64,000 nucleotides of DNA from Azolla caroliniana. Its lineage: Eukaryota > Plantae > Polypodiophyta. The notes beneath the pieces are model-generated. The model saw only the letters and a program-made list of their open reading frames with translations. It ran no database searches and had not been told where the DNA came from. The stretch is from NCBI GenBank assembly GCA_043228905.1, contig JBHGNT010000017.1, positions 2,666,001 to 2,730,000 of the forward strand, in the 5' to 3' direction. Shown here one piece after another: positions 52,458 through 64,000 of the stretch. Each line of letters starts with the position of its first letter. Position 1 is the stretch's first letter. The position numbers and the translations under genes are program-made.

Positions 52458-53774
52458 CAGGGATAAAGCTTGAATATTTTCCACTAGGAGAGGATATGAT
52501 ATTACAAAATGAGGCTTATAGAGCTTTACATTGTAGTGTCCGGAGTACTGGTATATGTGATCTTTAAAAGTAAATAGGTTTAATTCATTTGCATAAGTTT
52601 GTTGGTTTCTTGCCATTCTATTGCTTTTATAGGATTTATATGTAAATAATGGAACTCAACAAGTAGTGCCAACTATATTTTGTGGATGAATCTTAACTTG
52701 TTTTATCAGAGTGTCTTGTCTATTTCTTCTTTCCAATGTTAGATTTGAGGTTTAGGGTTTACGAATTGATAGGATTAGCTTCATGAACATTGCACAAGCC
52801 AATATAGTTGATGCACAAATTGTGATTGGCAATCTTCTTGATGTTCACAAATTTATGCTTAATACTGGTTCTAATGACTTATTTTCTTAGAAAGTTGTAT
52901 TTGTGATTTTAATGACAACATGTGAAGAGCTCATATGGTTCAGATCTTATAGAGGAGATAGAGAAAACAATAGCCCTAAGGAGAGGGGGCATGATTTTGA
53001 GTCTTTGACAATAGCCCTAGTGTAAGGAACAAATCCAGAGATGACAGATCACAGTGGCAGAACACCTTTGGTAATTTCTTTGACATATCTGTAACGATGT
53101 ATATATAACAGATGGATCTTCTTATTGAGATAGACATTTTAAAAATTTGTTCAACACATTGTAGTAGCTAATGGCCATTTGGAATGTGTTCACATTTTGC
53201 TTGAATATGGTGCTAATCCAAACAGACGAGGCATGTCTCTCTCCCTCTCCCATAATTTGTTGACAATGTGAATCTCCATAATGTGCAGAAAACTAATTGA
53301 GTTAGCATATGTTGCAAATAATGAAAATAGTGTTCCCCTATGGGAGGCAATTAAGGCACGCCATCCAGTAGTAGCACAATTTCTATGGGAGAACAATGCA
53401 AATTTGAACTCCGAAGAAGATGGAGAACTCTTGTACAATACAATCCAAAAAGGGGATATAGAGGGATTTTTGCAATTGCTCAAATATGGAGCAAAGATCA
53501 GCTTTGTAAAGCAGCTACAGAACTTGATAAAATTGCAATATGCTATTTCAAAGCATTTGCCTCAATTCATTGGCATCCTTGGACATAAAGGCATCAAATT
53601 GGATGACTTTTCTGACTCATCCACCCAGCTGAGCCTGGAGGGTCTTCATATGCTATTTGATAAGCTATCTCCACCATTTAACATGCATTCATGCACAAAA
53701 ACAGGCGAAGAATCTATATTAAACGAAGGGCATGGAGAAGGTCAATACGAAGTTGAATTATTAGTTATACCAAA
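52458..53774 (+). pseudogene. Shaker-type K+ channel (AKT1-like) pseudogene fragment: CNBD and ankyrin repeats
   Basis: IKLEYFPLGEDMILQNEA, LRIDRISFMNIAQANIVDAQIVIGNLL, DHSGRTPL|HIVVANGHLECVHILLEYGANPN, SVPLWEAIKARH..LLKYGA. Frameshifted; no transmembrane/pore region recognised. Confidence 0.85.
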
Positions 53775-54006
53775 TGTTGAGGTATAAACATATGAGAGTG
53801 TAACATGCGTCTCGTTTATGCTCGATTATTATGAGGTAACGGTCGAATAAAAGACCACACAAAAAACAGACACAATGGTACAAAATAGATGACCCAAGAT
53901 TTAATGTGGAAAAACCCTCAATGAGGGAAACAACCACGGGACAAAATCCAAAATAATCCACTATCAACAAAGAGGATACAACACAAATACAAGCTCCTCT
54001 AGATAC
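53775..54006 (-). mobile_element. LTR-like remnant interrupting the AKT1-like sequence and itself cut by the Gypsy element
   Basis: Begins TGTTGAGG where AKT homology stops. Contains GATTTAATGTGGAAAAACCCTC..AACCACGGG, reminiscent of plant copia LTRs in reverse orientation. The other end is not in the window. Confidence 0.4.
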
Positions 54007-55085
54007 TGTCACGGATGGAAAATATGCACAAGAGAGTAGAAGATAATCAAAGGGATGAAATGATTAATTGAAAGACTTCGTAACTGGTATTGTTCACCTT
54101 GAATTCCTTCAAGGTGAACTCAACTATTTATAGTACACGACATGCATACTTGTTGCATGCATGTGAATCTGCAATAGAGCATGTAGGTACGCATGCATGT
54201 GCCAAGTGTAAATACTACAAGGGAGCAACTATGCACATGATGCTAGCTAAAAACTATATATGATTGTATACTAGATATGTTGGTTAACCTATAACACTTG
54301 ATTATAACATGGTCATGTCAAGAGTTCGAATCTTGACATTATCCCCCCTCCTACACCGCCTTCCCAAATTAGGCGTTGTTTTGTGGGGATATCGATGAAG
54401 AAAATCTTGGACCACCTCTGGGGCATTTTGTAAATTTTCCGGTGGTTCCCATGTGGCATTGGACATGAGGTAACCCTTCCACAAGACGAGGTATTGCCAG
54501 TGTCAACGGTGCCAACGTGAGTCAACGATTTGGTCGACCTCGTATTCTTCCCCTGTCATGAATTGCATAGGTGGTGGTGGTGGGGCCTGACGTCCTGGGA
54601 GTTGTGAAGCATAATGGGGTTCAAGGAGGGAGACATGAATTTAAACTTCGTGAATTCGGAAGTGGGATGGAAGGGCGAGCCAGAAGGCGACATGATTGAT
54701 GCACTCGATGATACATAATGGTCCCAACTTCTTGTAATCAACTTCTTGTAATCAAGATGTGCCGGCGTAACAACCAAACCATGTCTCCGATGACAAAGTG
54801 GGGAGTGGCAGATTGAAGGCAATCAGCCTGCTTCTTGTATCGTTCACTAACGAGACTAAGCTCCAAGGATAAATCATGATGTAGCTCTTCTAAAACGCAG
54901 GCACGATCCTTTGCTGAAGGGTTCACGGAAGTGGTAGGGAGGGAAATGTTGAAACGAGGATGTAAACCATAGTTTGCAAAGAAGGGAGTGATGCCCGTTG
55001 ATGAATGGAGAGAATTATTGTAGGCGAATTCATTGAATGAAAGTAAGTTGACCCAATCATCTTGTTGGTAACTAACCTAGCACCG
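54007..55085 (-). mobile_element. Ty3/Gypsy chromovirus 3' part: integrase C-terminus, chromodomain, PPT and 3' LTR
   Basis: YQQDDWVNLL..EFAYNNS.HSSTGITPFFANYG; chromodomain EYEVDQIVDSR..YLVLWKGY..ATWEPPENL; PPT GGAGGGGGGATAA; LTR 54338-54007 with TGTCA...TGACA ends. Confidence 0.9.
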
Positions 55086-57419
55086 GTTGACGTGCTTCAT
55101 TTGCCTGACGGGCATGAAAGCCAATTCCGACATAGAGTTATGGCACAAGTGGATTGGCCATATAAATCTCCAAAAGCTCAAGGCAATGCAATCGAAAGGA
55201 GTCGTCATCAGGCTCCCGACATTCACAGAGAAAGAGATTGAAGGCGTGTGTGCCGCTTGCCAATTCGGCAAGCAACATTGGCACCCATTTCCGAAGGAGC
55301 GGAATGTGAGCAAAGGCGTACTCGACGTAATTCATTCCAATGTATGGGGTCCGGCTCAAACAACGACATTCAGTGGAAGCCGATACTACGTGACCTTCAT
55401 TGACGACTTCTCTAGGCACACTTGGATCTACTCGATGCGGCAAAAGAGCGAAGTGTTCGGACACTTCCAAAAATTGAAGAATGAAGTCGAGAAAGCCACG
55501 GGCCGACATGTACGATATCTTCGGTCGGATGGAGGCAAGGAGTACTTCTCTGACGAATTTTCGGCGTTTCTACGGAAAGAAGGAATACGGCGAGAGTTTT
55601 CGTGTCGACATACTTCGCAACAAAACGGAGTGGCCGAACGCAAGAATCGGCACATCCTTGAAGTGGCACGAACTATGCTTAACGAAAAGCACATGCCGAA
55701 ATCGTATTGGGCAGAAGCAGCTAACACAACCGTCTATCTCGTGAATCGGTGTACGACATTAGGTGTGCACGAACTTACTCCACACGAGAAGTTCTTCGGA
55801 AAGAAGCCGGACCTATCGCATGTTCGGATATTCGGTTCCATTGCGTATGTGCACATCCCCGATGAGAAGCGTCAAAAACTCGACCCGAAGTCGGAGAAAT
55901 GTATCCTCGTAGGATACTCACTGGAGCAAAAGGCGTACAAGTGCTACAACCCCTCAACTCGAAAATCTCACGTAAGTCGAGACATCATTTTCGACGAGTC
56001 CGATCCTGGTATGCACCAGAGACAACTTCGACTTCGATTCCACTCGACCTGGATTCCGTCGAAATAGAGATAGAAACTGAAGATCTCATCACGTGCATAT
56101 TCGAAGAAAGTTTGATCACGACCCGACTGAGCGGACCACAAGAGCCTTTGAGCGATCAAAGCACATCTCGGCCGAGTCCGAAGATGGACAAAGGGAAGGC
56201 GAAAATGCCAGAGTATGAAGACGATCACTTCGACGACAACGAATCAACTCACTCCCTCGATAGTGAGTTCAAAGGCCTTGAGATGCGGAGAAATGGAGCG
56301 GAGAAAGCTTTAGTATCTGCAAATGAGAAGCTCCACCGATCCACCCGTGAAAAGAACCCCGTAAGCCGATTCGGCTACAACGATTATATGGCATACCATT
56401 ACGCCTTTATGATGAAGGTCGCAACAGTACGGGAGCCGGAAACCTTTTCCGAAGCCGCGAAGGACCCACGATAGATTGAAGCAATGAACGAGGAGATGCG
56501 TGCACTACGCAAGAACGACAGATGGGATATCGTTCCTCACTCATCGCACAAGAAGGCGATAGGCTGCAGATGGATCTACAAGGTGAAGTATAATGCCGAT
56601 GGCTCTGTCAATCGCTACAAAGCTCGACTTGTAGCGAAAGGATACACGCAAACACATGGAGTCGACTATGAAGAGACCTTTGTCCCGGTGGCAAAGATGA
56701 CGACGGTGTGGACCGTGATCGCACTTGCAGCGGCAAAAGGGTGGCACCTCCACCAAATGGATATCAAGAACGCCTTTCTTCAAGGCGAATTAGACAAGGA
56801 GGTGTACATGGTACAACCACCCGGCTTTGAATCACGCATTCATCCAAAAGCCGTTGTCGTGAAGAATTTCGGCCAGAGGCGGAAACTGGGAAACATTGTC
56901 TACATCGGCGGGGTGCAGCGTGTGTACGCACCCATGTACATTTGGTGTGAATATTGAGGGTGCCTTTATGGCGCCGAAGAGTAGTCAAGTCGGGACAGAC
57001 GATCCCATGTAAGTCGGGATTTATCCCACATTGTAACGCATCCCTCTCCTTGTTCTATAAAAGGAAGGGAACACCCTATGGGAAAGGGTTGCCCATTTTG
57101 CATTAGAGGGTATACCGTTAGGTTTAGAGTTAGTTTCTTCTTCTTCTTCTTCTCCTTCGTGTTCGCTTAGGGTTTGCTTCAGCTCATCTACTGCGCAAGA
57201 CCCCGCTCGACGCGACGAGCCCGTGAGCTCCCCGACGGCGGCTTGGTAGTTGACGACTACTGTAACCTGCCTCGGAACGGCTCGAAGCCGGGAATGTATT
57301 CTTTTTTTTTATATACATATATATGTTTGCGTCTGTCTGTGTATATTCGCGTCTTCGATGGTGTCGGGTGCTTCCCCTTTCCTGCACTTCCTGTACTTAA
57401 GGGTGTGAGTCGGGTTGGC

Positions 57420-57458
<39 letters not shown>

Positions 57459-57482
57459 TGAGTGTGCGTGAGTCGGTGTTAA

Positions 57483-57517
<35 letters not shown>

Positions 57518-60500
57518 TCGGTTGCTTCCGGTGTGCTTCTGGGATGCCCCGGAAACGGTGAAGCACGACTCCCTAAGCTCCATCACTCCCTAGTCGAAGA
57601 CCCCCGTGGTCCCGCCTTTCTCCACGCACGCGCGTAACAACGCGACATCTTTGGTGAACCCGACGTGAAAGGCGGCAAGGGAGGATGGAGTCGGAAGACG
57701 ACGACCTTGCGGAGATGGTGGCCGAAGTGGTGTTGGAGTCGGCACGAGTGGTGATGAGGCGAGAAGCACCGCAACAAGCGGTTGAGCGAGTGGTCGAAAG
57801 AGTCGGCCGTTTCAACGGGGACAAAGTCCCATCTTACTTGGAAGCCTACAACGCAGAAATGGAGGAGCATGGCATAGACGAGGCGTTGAGGTTGGAGTTC
57901 TTCTGTCGGGTCGTGGCTGTCCGGATGCATGTGGAAATAAAGGAGCTCCGTGAGGCTCATAGTTCGTGGGGGGCCTTCGAAGAGGCGCTCCTGAAGGCAT
58001 ACGGAGGACGGCGGAAGAGCCGGGGATGACATGACTTTGACCAGTGGGTAGCATCGGCAAAGACCCACCGGGGCACGACCAAGGCGTTCCGAGAGTTCGA
58101 GCGACGGCTTGCTCGGCTCCCGAAGCGGGAACAAGGTTTGGTGGGGGCGGACAAAGTCCTTTTGTTCGTCAGGTCGATCGACCGAGCGGAACGGGAAGCC
58201 ATCGGAATTGAGCTCGAAGACGATGATGGAGCGAATGGGCTTACGGAGGACTGGTCGAAGGTCGGAAGGGTGTGCCAATGGCTAGATGATGAGCGAGCTG
58301 AGAAGGCTAAGAGGAAGGTACGCGACGGCTTGCCATCACAGCGGGAAGAGGCCGAACAACAAAGAGAGTCAGCAAGGCTCGGCGTTGGGGCTAGGATTGC
58401 GGAGGCGTACGCAGCTCTCGAGGCGAGGCTCGAGGAAGAGGAAAGACGGAGGCCGCAAGCCGAGACTGAGGAGACGGACTTGCCCTACACGGCGGTGGAA
58501 GATCGGTACGACGGTACCACGGGAGAGGGTGCGGAACAAAACGCCCTCTCGACTTGCAGAGATAGAACGGCCAAGGATGAGGCCGAGATACTGATCGCGG
58601 AACCGGAACGCTGGGACCAGCGGTTTCGGGCGTGTCAGCCCGAGATCCCGGTCATTGGAGAAGCAAGCCCAGACGGGGCTTGCGCAATCGGTAAGAAGAC
58701 GACCGCCGACCACGAAGAGTCGGTGGCTACGGACAAGGGCGTAAAACGGACGGGCGATTCCTTGTGTCCTCCCACACTTGCTCCAGAGACGATGGCAGTC
58801 GGGCCCGAGTGCCCACGTGAGTTCCAAGTGGAGGAAGGCGGTGGCGATAGACCAAGAATCACTGGCGAGACGATACGGGGAAGGAACGGACGAAAGCCCA
58901 CAGACCCGATTCCGGAGAACTCGGCATTCGGGCCCGTATGCCCATGTAAGACCGAGGAGATGGATGGCGGTACCGAGGAGTCCTGGCATGATGCCAGCGA
59001 AGTCGGATGGGGAACGGCCTGTGAGGAGGCCGAGGACGAACGCGGCATGAGGAGATCGGCATTCCGATACGGGTGGAGCGTAATTCGGTCGTGGATCGTT
59101 TGATCGGGGCCAGATTCGGCATGAAAGTGCCGATACGGAAGGGGGTGCGGGACGAGCCGCCCTCTTTTACATGGGGAGAAAGACCGACCGGGCGAAGGTC
59201 GAGATTTGGAAAGAGAATGAAAGCCGGTCCTATGGGATTCCTTACACTGATCCGGCTGTAGGCCCGAGTGCCGGCATGAGTCCTATAAGAGAGATCGGTG
59301 GCGACAGGAGAACGAGACTTGGCAATCCGGAGAAGGACGAACGGACCTGGACGAGAACCGGGCGGAGTGGACTCCCAGATGACCATTCCGGGAGGGAGGA
59401 AGAGAGGAGGCCTACGAAGAGGCCGAGGACACAGTACGTCGGTACCACAGGAGAGGGTGCGGAGTAAACTGCCCTCTCGGCATGCGGAAAGGGACGACCC
59501 GGGACAGGGTCAAGAAGGCGACGAACGCCCAAGGAGGATCCTTCACACCGGTTCTAGAGACTTCGGTAGTCGGCAACGCGGTCGACGTGAGACCAAGATA
59601 CTGACGGTGGCGGTGAGGTGACGAAGGCAAGGGCTACGGATGGGCGGTCTACGGAGGATCCTTCACACCGGTTCTAGAGACTTCGGCAGTCGGCAACACG
59701 GTCGACGTAAGACTAAGATACTGACGGTGGCGGCGAGGTGACGAAGGCAATGGGCGTAAGGAAGTCCGGTCCTACGGGATCCCCACACCGGTTCCGGAGA
59801 CTCCGGCTGTTTTGCCAACGTGGCAACGTAAGACCGAGGGAGAAGGAAGGTGGCGGTGGGAAACGGGACCCGACTACGCGGAAGACACGAGGAGAGTCTG
59901 AGAGTGACTCAAACAAAAAGCCACCCGAATTTCGGCAAGCATAGAAATGGAGTCCGGTCCTATGGGACCCTCACACCAGTTCCGGAGACTCCGACTGTTC
60001 TGCCAACGTGGCAACGTGAGACTGAGAGAGAAGGTTGGTGGCAGCAGGGAACGAGACCCGACCACACGAGGTTTCGGAAGGAGCCGGTAGGGGCAAACAC
60101 GGGGAGGTGTGTCGGGCCGGAAACGCACACCTGGGACGGGATAAGAGTCTCGCAAGTGGCCATCGCGGGCCGGATCAAAGCGTGACTACGGGACGACGTT
60201 CGGCGCAGGCGGTGCCGAACAATGGGAGCGAAAAATAACGGCACAAGAGAGGTGCCGGGAACGAGGTGACAAGTGCTTAGTGGACTGCACAGGGTCAGAG
60301 TCAGGGGATGGCAAGAGAGGCCGGAGGAGGATCCTCCACACTCGCTTCGTAGATCTCGGTAGCTCCGTCGAGCTAGCGAAGACTGACACGGCAAGCCCGG
60401 GGTGACAAGCCGGTGGGGGCGAGGGGACGACGACAAGCGGAAGACTCAGGACCTATTGCTGCAGCACGAAGACGGGAAGGGCCAAGCGGGCTACTACGGG

Positions 60501-63480
60501 GTGTTCCTCGGATGCAAAGGACACCGGTACGCGGGTAAGCGGCGATGCGCGATTAGGCCGGAAAGGGATCTTCCACGCTATTCCGGAGACCATGGCGGTT
60601 CGAGCCGACTGGACGATGTAAGACCATGGAGAAGGAAGGTGGTGGCGGAAGGACGAAGGCAACGCGAAACACCATCGGTACATCACGATTGGACAACGGA
60701 GGCCAAGCGGGCCACTATGGGCATGCCTCGAGCGGAGGACATCGGGCATACGGCGGGAAGGGGGGCGTTCATACGGCCGAACAAGGGCCAACGGAAGTAC
60801 GCGTACTACGGAGATCGCGACAGAGGACCCATCGACGGGTCGAACGAGCCTACAGGGAGGCGAGCGTGACGGAAGACTCGAAGCCGACGGATCAAACCGG
60901 CAACGAGCCGAGATGCGGATCACGGGAGACCGGTTTCTCACCGGCCGAAATCTCTCACCCTTCAACCAAATTTGGCAAGTACCGGTGGACGTGCAGTTAG
61001 GTGGGGGCGGATGTCGTGAAGAATTTCGGCCAGAGGCGGAAACCGAGAAACATTGTCTACATCGGCGGGGTGCAGCGTGTGTACGCACCCATGTACATTT
61101 GGTGTGAATATGGAGGGCACCTTTATGGCGCCGAAGAGTAGTCAAGTCGGGACAGACGATCCCATGTAAGTCGGGATTTATCCCACATTGTAATGCATCC
61201 CTCTCCTTGTTCTATAAAAGGAAGGGAACACCCTATGGGAAAGGGTTGCCCATTTTGCATTAGAGGGTATACCGTTAGGTTTAGAGTTAGTTTCTTCTTC
61301 TTCTTCTTCTCCTTCGTGTTTGCTTAGGGTTTGCTTCAGCTCATCTACTGCGCAAGACCCCGCTCGGCGCGACGAGCCTGTGAGCTCCCCGACGGCGGCT
61401 TGGTAGTTGACGACTATTGTAACCTGCCTCGGAATGGCTTGAAGCCGGGAATGTATTCTTTTTTTTTATATACATATATACGTTTGCGTCTGTCTGTGTA
61501 TATTCGCGTCTTCGTTGGTGTCGGGTGCTTCCCCTTTCCTGCACTTCCTGTACTTAAGGGTGTGAGTCGGGTTGGCCTGTGTGTGTGTGTGTGTGTGTGT
61601 GAGTGAGTGTGCGCGAGTCGGTGTTAAGCGCTCTCTCTCTCTCTCTCTCTCTCCCTTCGGTTGCTTCCGGTGTGCTTCTGGGATGCCCCGGAAACGGTGA
61701 AGCACGACTCCCTACGCTCCATCACTCCCTAGTCCAAGACCCCCGTGGTCCCGCCTTTCTCCACGCACGCGTGTAACAACGCGACACTGTATGCCAACTC
61801 AAGAAGCCTCTCTATGGCCTCAAGCAAGACTACGTGCTTGGCACTCGAAGATTACACAATATCTTCATCAAATCGGCTTTCGAATGTCGAAATCCGACAA
61901 CTCCCTCTACATACGACACGACTCTAGAAGCTTAATTGTCATCATCCTATACGTGGATGATCTGGTCATTGGAGGTGAAACTCTAGTCGACATCAACAAG
62001 GTCAAGTCCCTCCTCTCTGGAAAATTCGAGATGACGGACATGAAGGAGCTCCATTACTTCCTTGGCATCGAAGTAATTCGGATTCCAACCGGCATTATGA
62101 TCTCTCAACGGCACTACATCCTCAACTTGTTATACAAGTTCAAGATGATTGAGTGCAAATCAATTGCTACGCCTCTCGATCGAAACCTGAAACTAGATGT
62201 TGACTCCGCCACAAACGAGTGCGATCCAACTCAATATCGACAACTGATCAGGAGTCTCATCTATCTCATGATCACTCGACCCGACCTTAGCTATCCAGTC
62301 GGACTCCTCAGCCAATTCATGCAAAAACCACGCGACATTCACTTGTATTGCGCTAAGCGATTACGTTACGTGAGCAACACAATGGATTACGACGTTCTCT
62401 ACGCATTGGCCAGACCAATACGACTCGAAGGGTACACAGACGCGGATTGGGCAGGCTACAAAGCTGATCGACGATCGACCTCCGGATTTGTTTTCTCCCT
62501 CGGCAGTGGAGCGATTTCATGGAGTAGCAAGAAGCAGCCTACCGTCGCCCTTTCGAGTACGAAGGCGGAATACAGGAGCGCAACCGTAGCTGCATGTGAA
62601 GCCATATGGCTCAAGAGGATTTTGAAGGATCTGGGCGTTCCCATCAAGGATCCGACTCCCTTTTTCTGCGACAACATGAGTAGTATTTATCTAGTTCGGA
62701 ACCTGGTGTTCCACGCACGCACGAAGCATATCGAAGTGCACTATCACTTCATTCTGGAGCGTGTTCAAGACAGAGATGTCGACCTTCAACACATCAATAC
62801 AAATCTTCAAATGGCCGACATCTTCATGAAGGTCCTAGGAGCCGACAAGCTTCGACAATTCATGTCAGACCTTGGATTGACGATCCCTGACTTGCCAAGC
62901 TTGAGGGGGAGTACAAGCGAGAATCGTATACCGTCCGAACCGGGTATGAGTCGAAGCTGACATCCACCGAAAGGAACTGACTTGAGTTGAGCTTGAGGGG
63001 GCGTGTTGAGAATCAAGCTCAACATAGCACAACGGGTGAACACACCTTTTGAGAATCTATGATTACTCAAAGGTCAAGAGTCACACCACTACTCTCTACA
63101 CATTAACTATGTGTCATAGAATCATATTCTATGACACATAACTAATGAGTTACATATTTCCCCATGACTATGAGTCTTCACATTCCCCAAGAGAGAGAGT
63201 GGTGGTTGTAAAGTTAATGAAGAGAGAGGGTGACTCTATATAATGCACCCTCCTCATACTTCATACTAAGTCAGTTGTGACTCCTTGTTATGCTACATTT
63301 TGTAAATCTCATTCTACTTGTGAAATATACACCTTCTTCTTGGGTATTCTATTTTCCTATCATTTATCTATCTAGAGTTCTCTTTTCTCTCCACTCTTCT
63401 TCTCTCACACATATACGCACATAACACACATCTATTCCGCTACACAAGAATCACCATTGATTCTTTATAATAAGCTATCA
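55086..63480 (+). mobile_element. 5'-truncated Ty1/copia element inserted in the Gypsy integrase and split by a nested element
   Basis: INT (55087-56067: LRSDGGKEY, NGVAERKN), RT start (56484-56854), RT/RNase H (61791-62960: LYVDD, DADWA), PPT GAGGGGGCG, 3' LTR 63004-~63480. 5' LTR, gag and PR are missing. Confidence 0.92.
56855..61786 (+). mobile_element. Non-autonomous Gypsy-like LTR element (gag-only, tRNA-Trp PBS, 4-bp TSD)
   Basis: LTRs 56855-57647 and 61012-61786 (TGTCG...CGACA). PBS TGGTGAACCCGACGTGAA at 57652-57669. PPT-like AGGTGGGGGCGGA. TSD CCGT/CTGT. Frameshifted gag-like ORF (VGRFNGDKVPSYLEAY..WGAFEEALLKAY). No RT or INT recognised. Confidence 0.92.
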
Positions 63481-64000
63481 AGTGCATAGAGATAGAGGCC
63501 CAGGGACGATTGGGGCATGGAAGTGGTTGGAGTAAGCCGTATGACCAATGATGATCGGCTTTGGAGCGAGCACAAACCTCACAACTCTTGATGTATTCTT
63601 TGACCAACTTCCATGTTGTGGCCACCAGTACCCTCGAGAGATTAGCTCTAGGGTTTTTGCGACCCCCGAAATGACCCGCAAGTGGGTCATCCTAGCATTC
63701 CCGCAACACTCGGGTGCGACACGGGCCCTTTGGGATGTATAAGAGATGATCTCGGAATAGCAAACCATCTTGTATAGTGAAGTGGTGAAGGTCCTTCCTT
63801 TTGGTCTCCTTGGAGGGGTTTTGCAGACTATCTCAAATCTTGTTGGCGAACGCATCAGTCGTGGATGCATCGGTGATCTGTTGGAGTAATGAATCATCCT
63901 GCAACATACAAGTGGCAAAAAGATGCAATTGGTCAGGTTTCAACAAACATCTAGATTGTTGAGCATAAGTGGCATCCCTAGGGTGGAGTGCAAGGTTGGC
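63481..64000 (-). mobile_element. Continuation of the Gypsy chromovirus: integrase H2C2 region; element extends beyond the window
   Basis: DDPLAGHF-GVAKTLELISRGYWWP-WKLVKEYIKSCEVCARSK..GLLQPLPCPNRPWASISM, frameshifted. Confidence 0.9.

Noticed and set aside
57573-61145. Numerous overlapping and antisense ORFs in the GC-rich element interior
   Set aside because: Expected from high GC content and repeats; no recognisable domains other than the gag-like frame.

Overview
Intron-rich, microsatellite-rich land-plant nuclear DNA, most likely a fern or other seed-free plant (inferred from the gene and TE content). Apparently intact genes, all on the - strand: SYP5-type syntaxin (first exon only), a large DUF627/DUF629-UCH (USP53/54-like) deubiquitinase, a small J-domain protein, a tandem pair of two-exon polytopic membrane proteins with XK/Xkr (CED-8) scramblase-like motifs, and ESV1. 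Also present: PPR and AKT1-like K+ channel pseudogenes, a full-length decayed Ty1/copia element, a 5'-truncated LINE with a TSD, tRNA-derived repeats, and a Penelope-like fragment with a degenerate hammerhead ribozyme. The window ends in nested LTR elements: a Gypsy chromovirus containing a copia, which contains a non-autonomous tRNA-Trp-primed element with a 4-bp TSD. The best novelty candidates are the XK-like gene pair and the Penelope-like element with its hammerhead. Family calls come from motif recognition by eye, and no database search was run.
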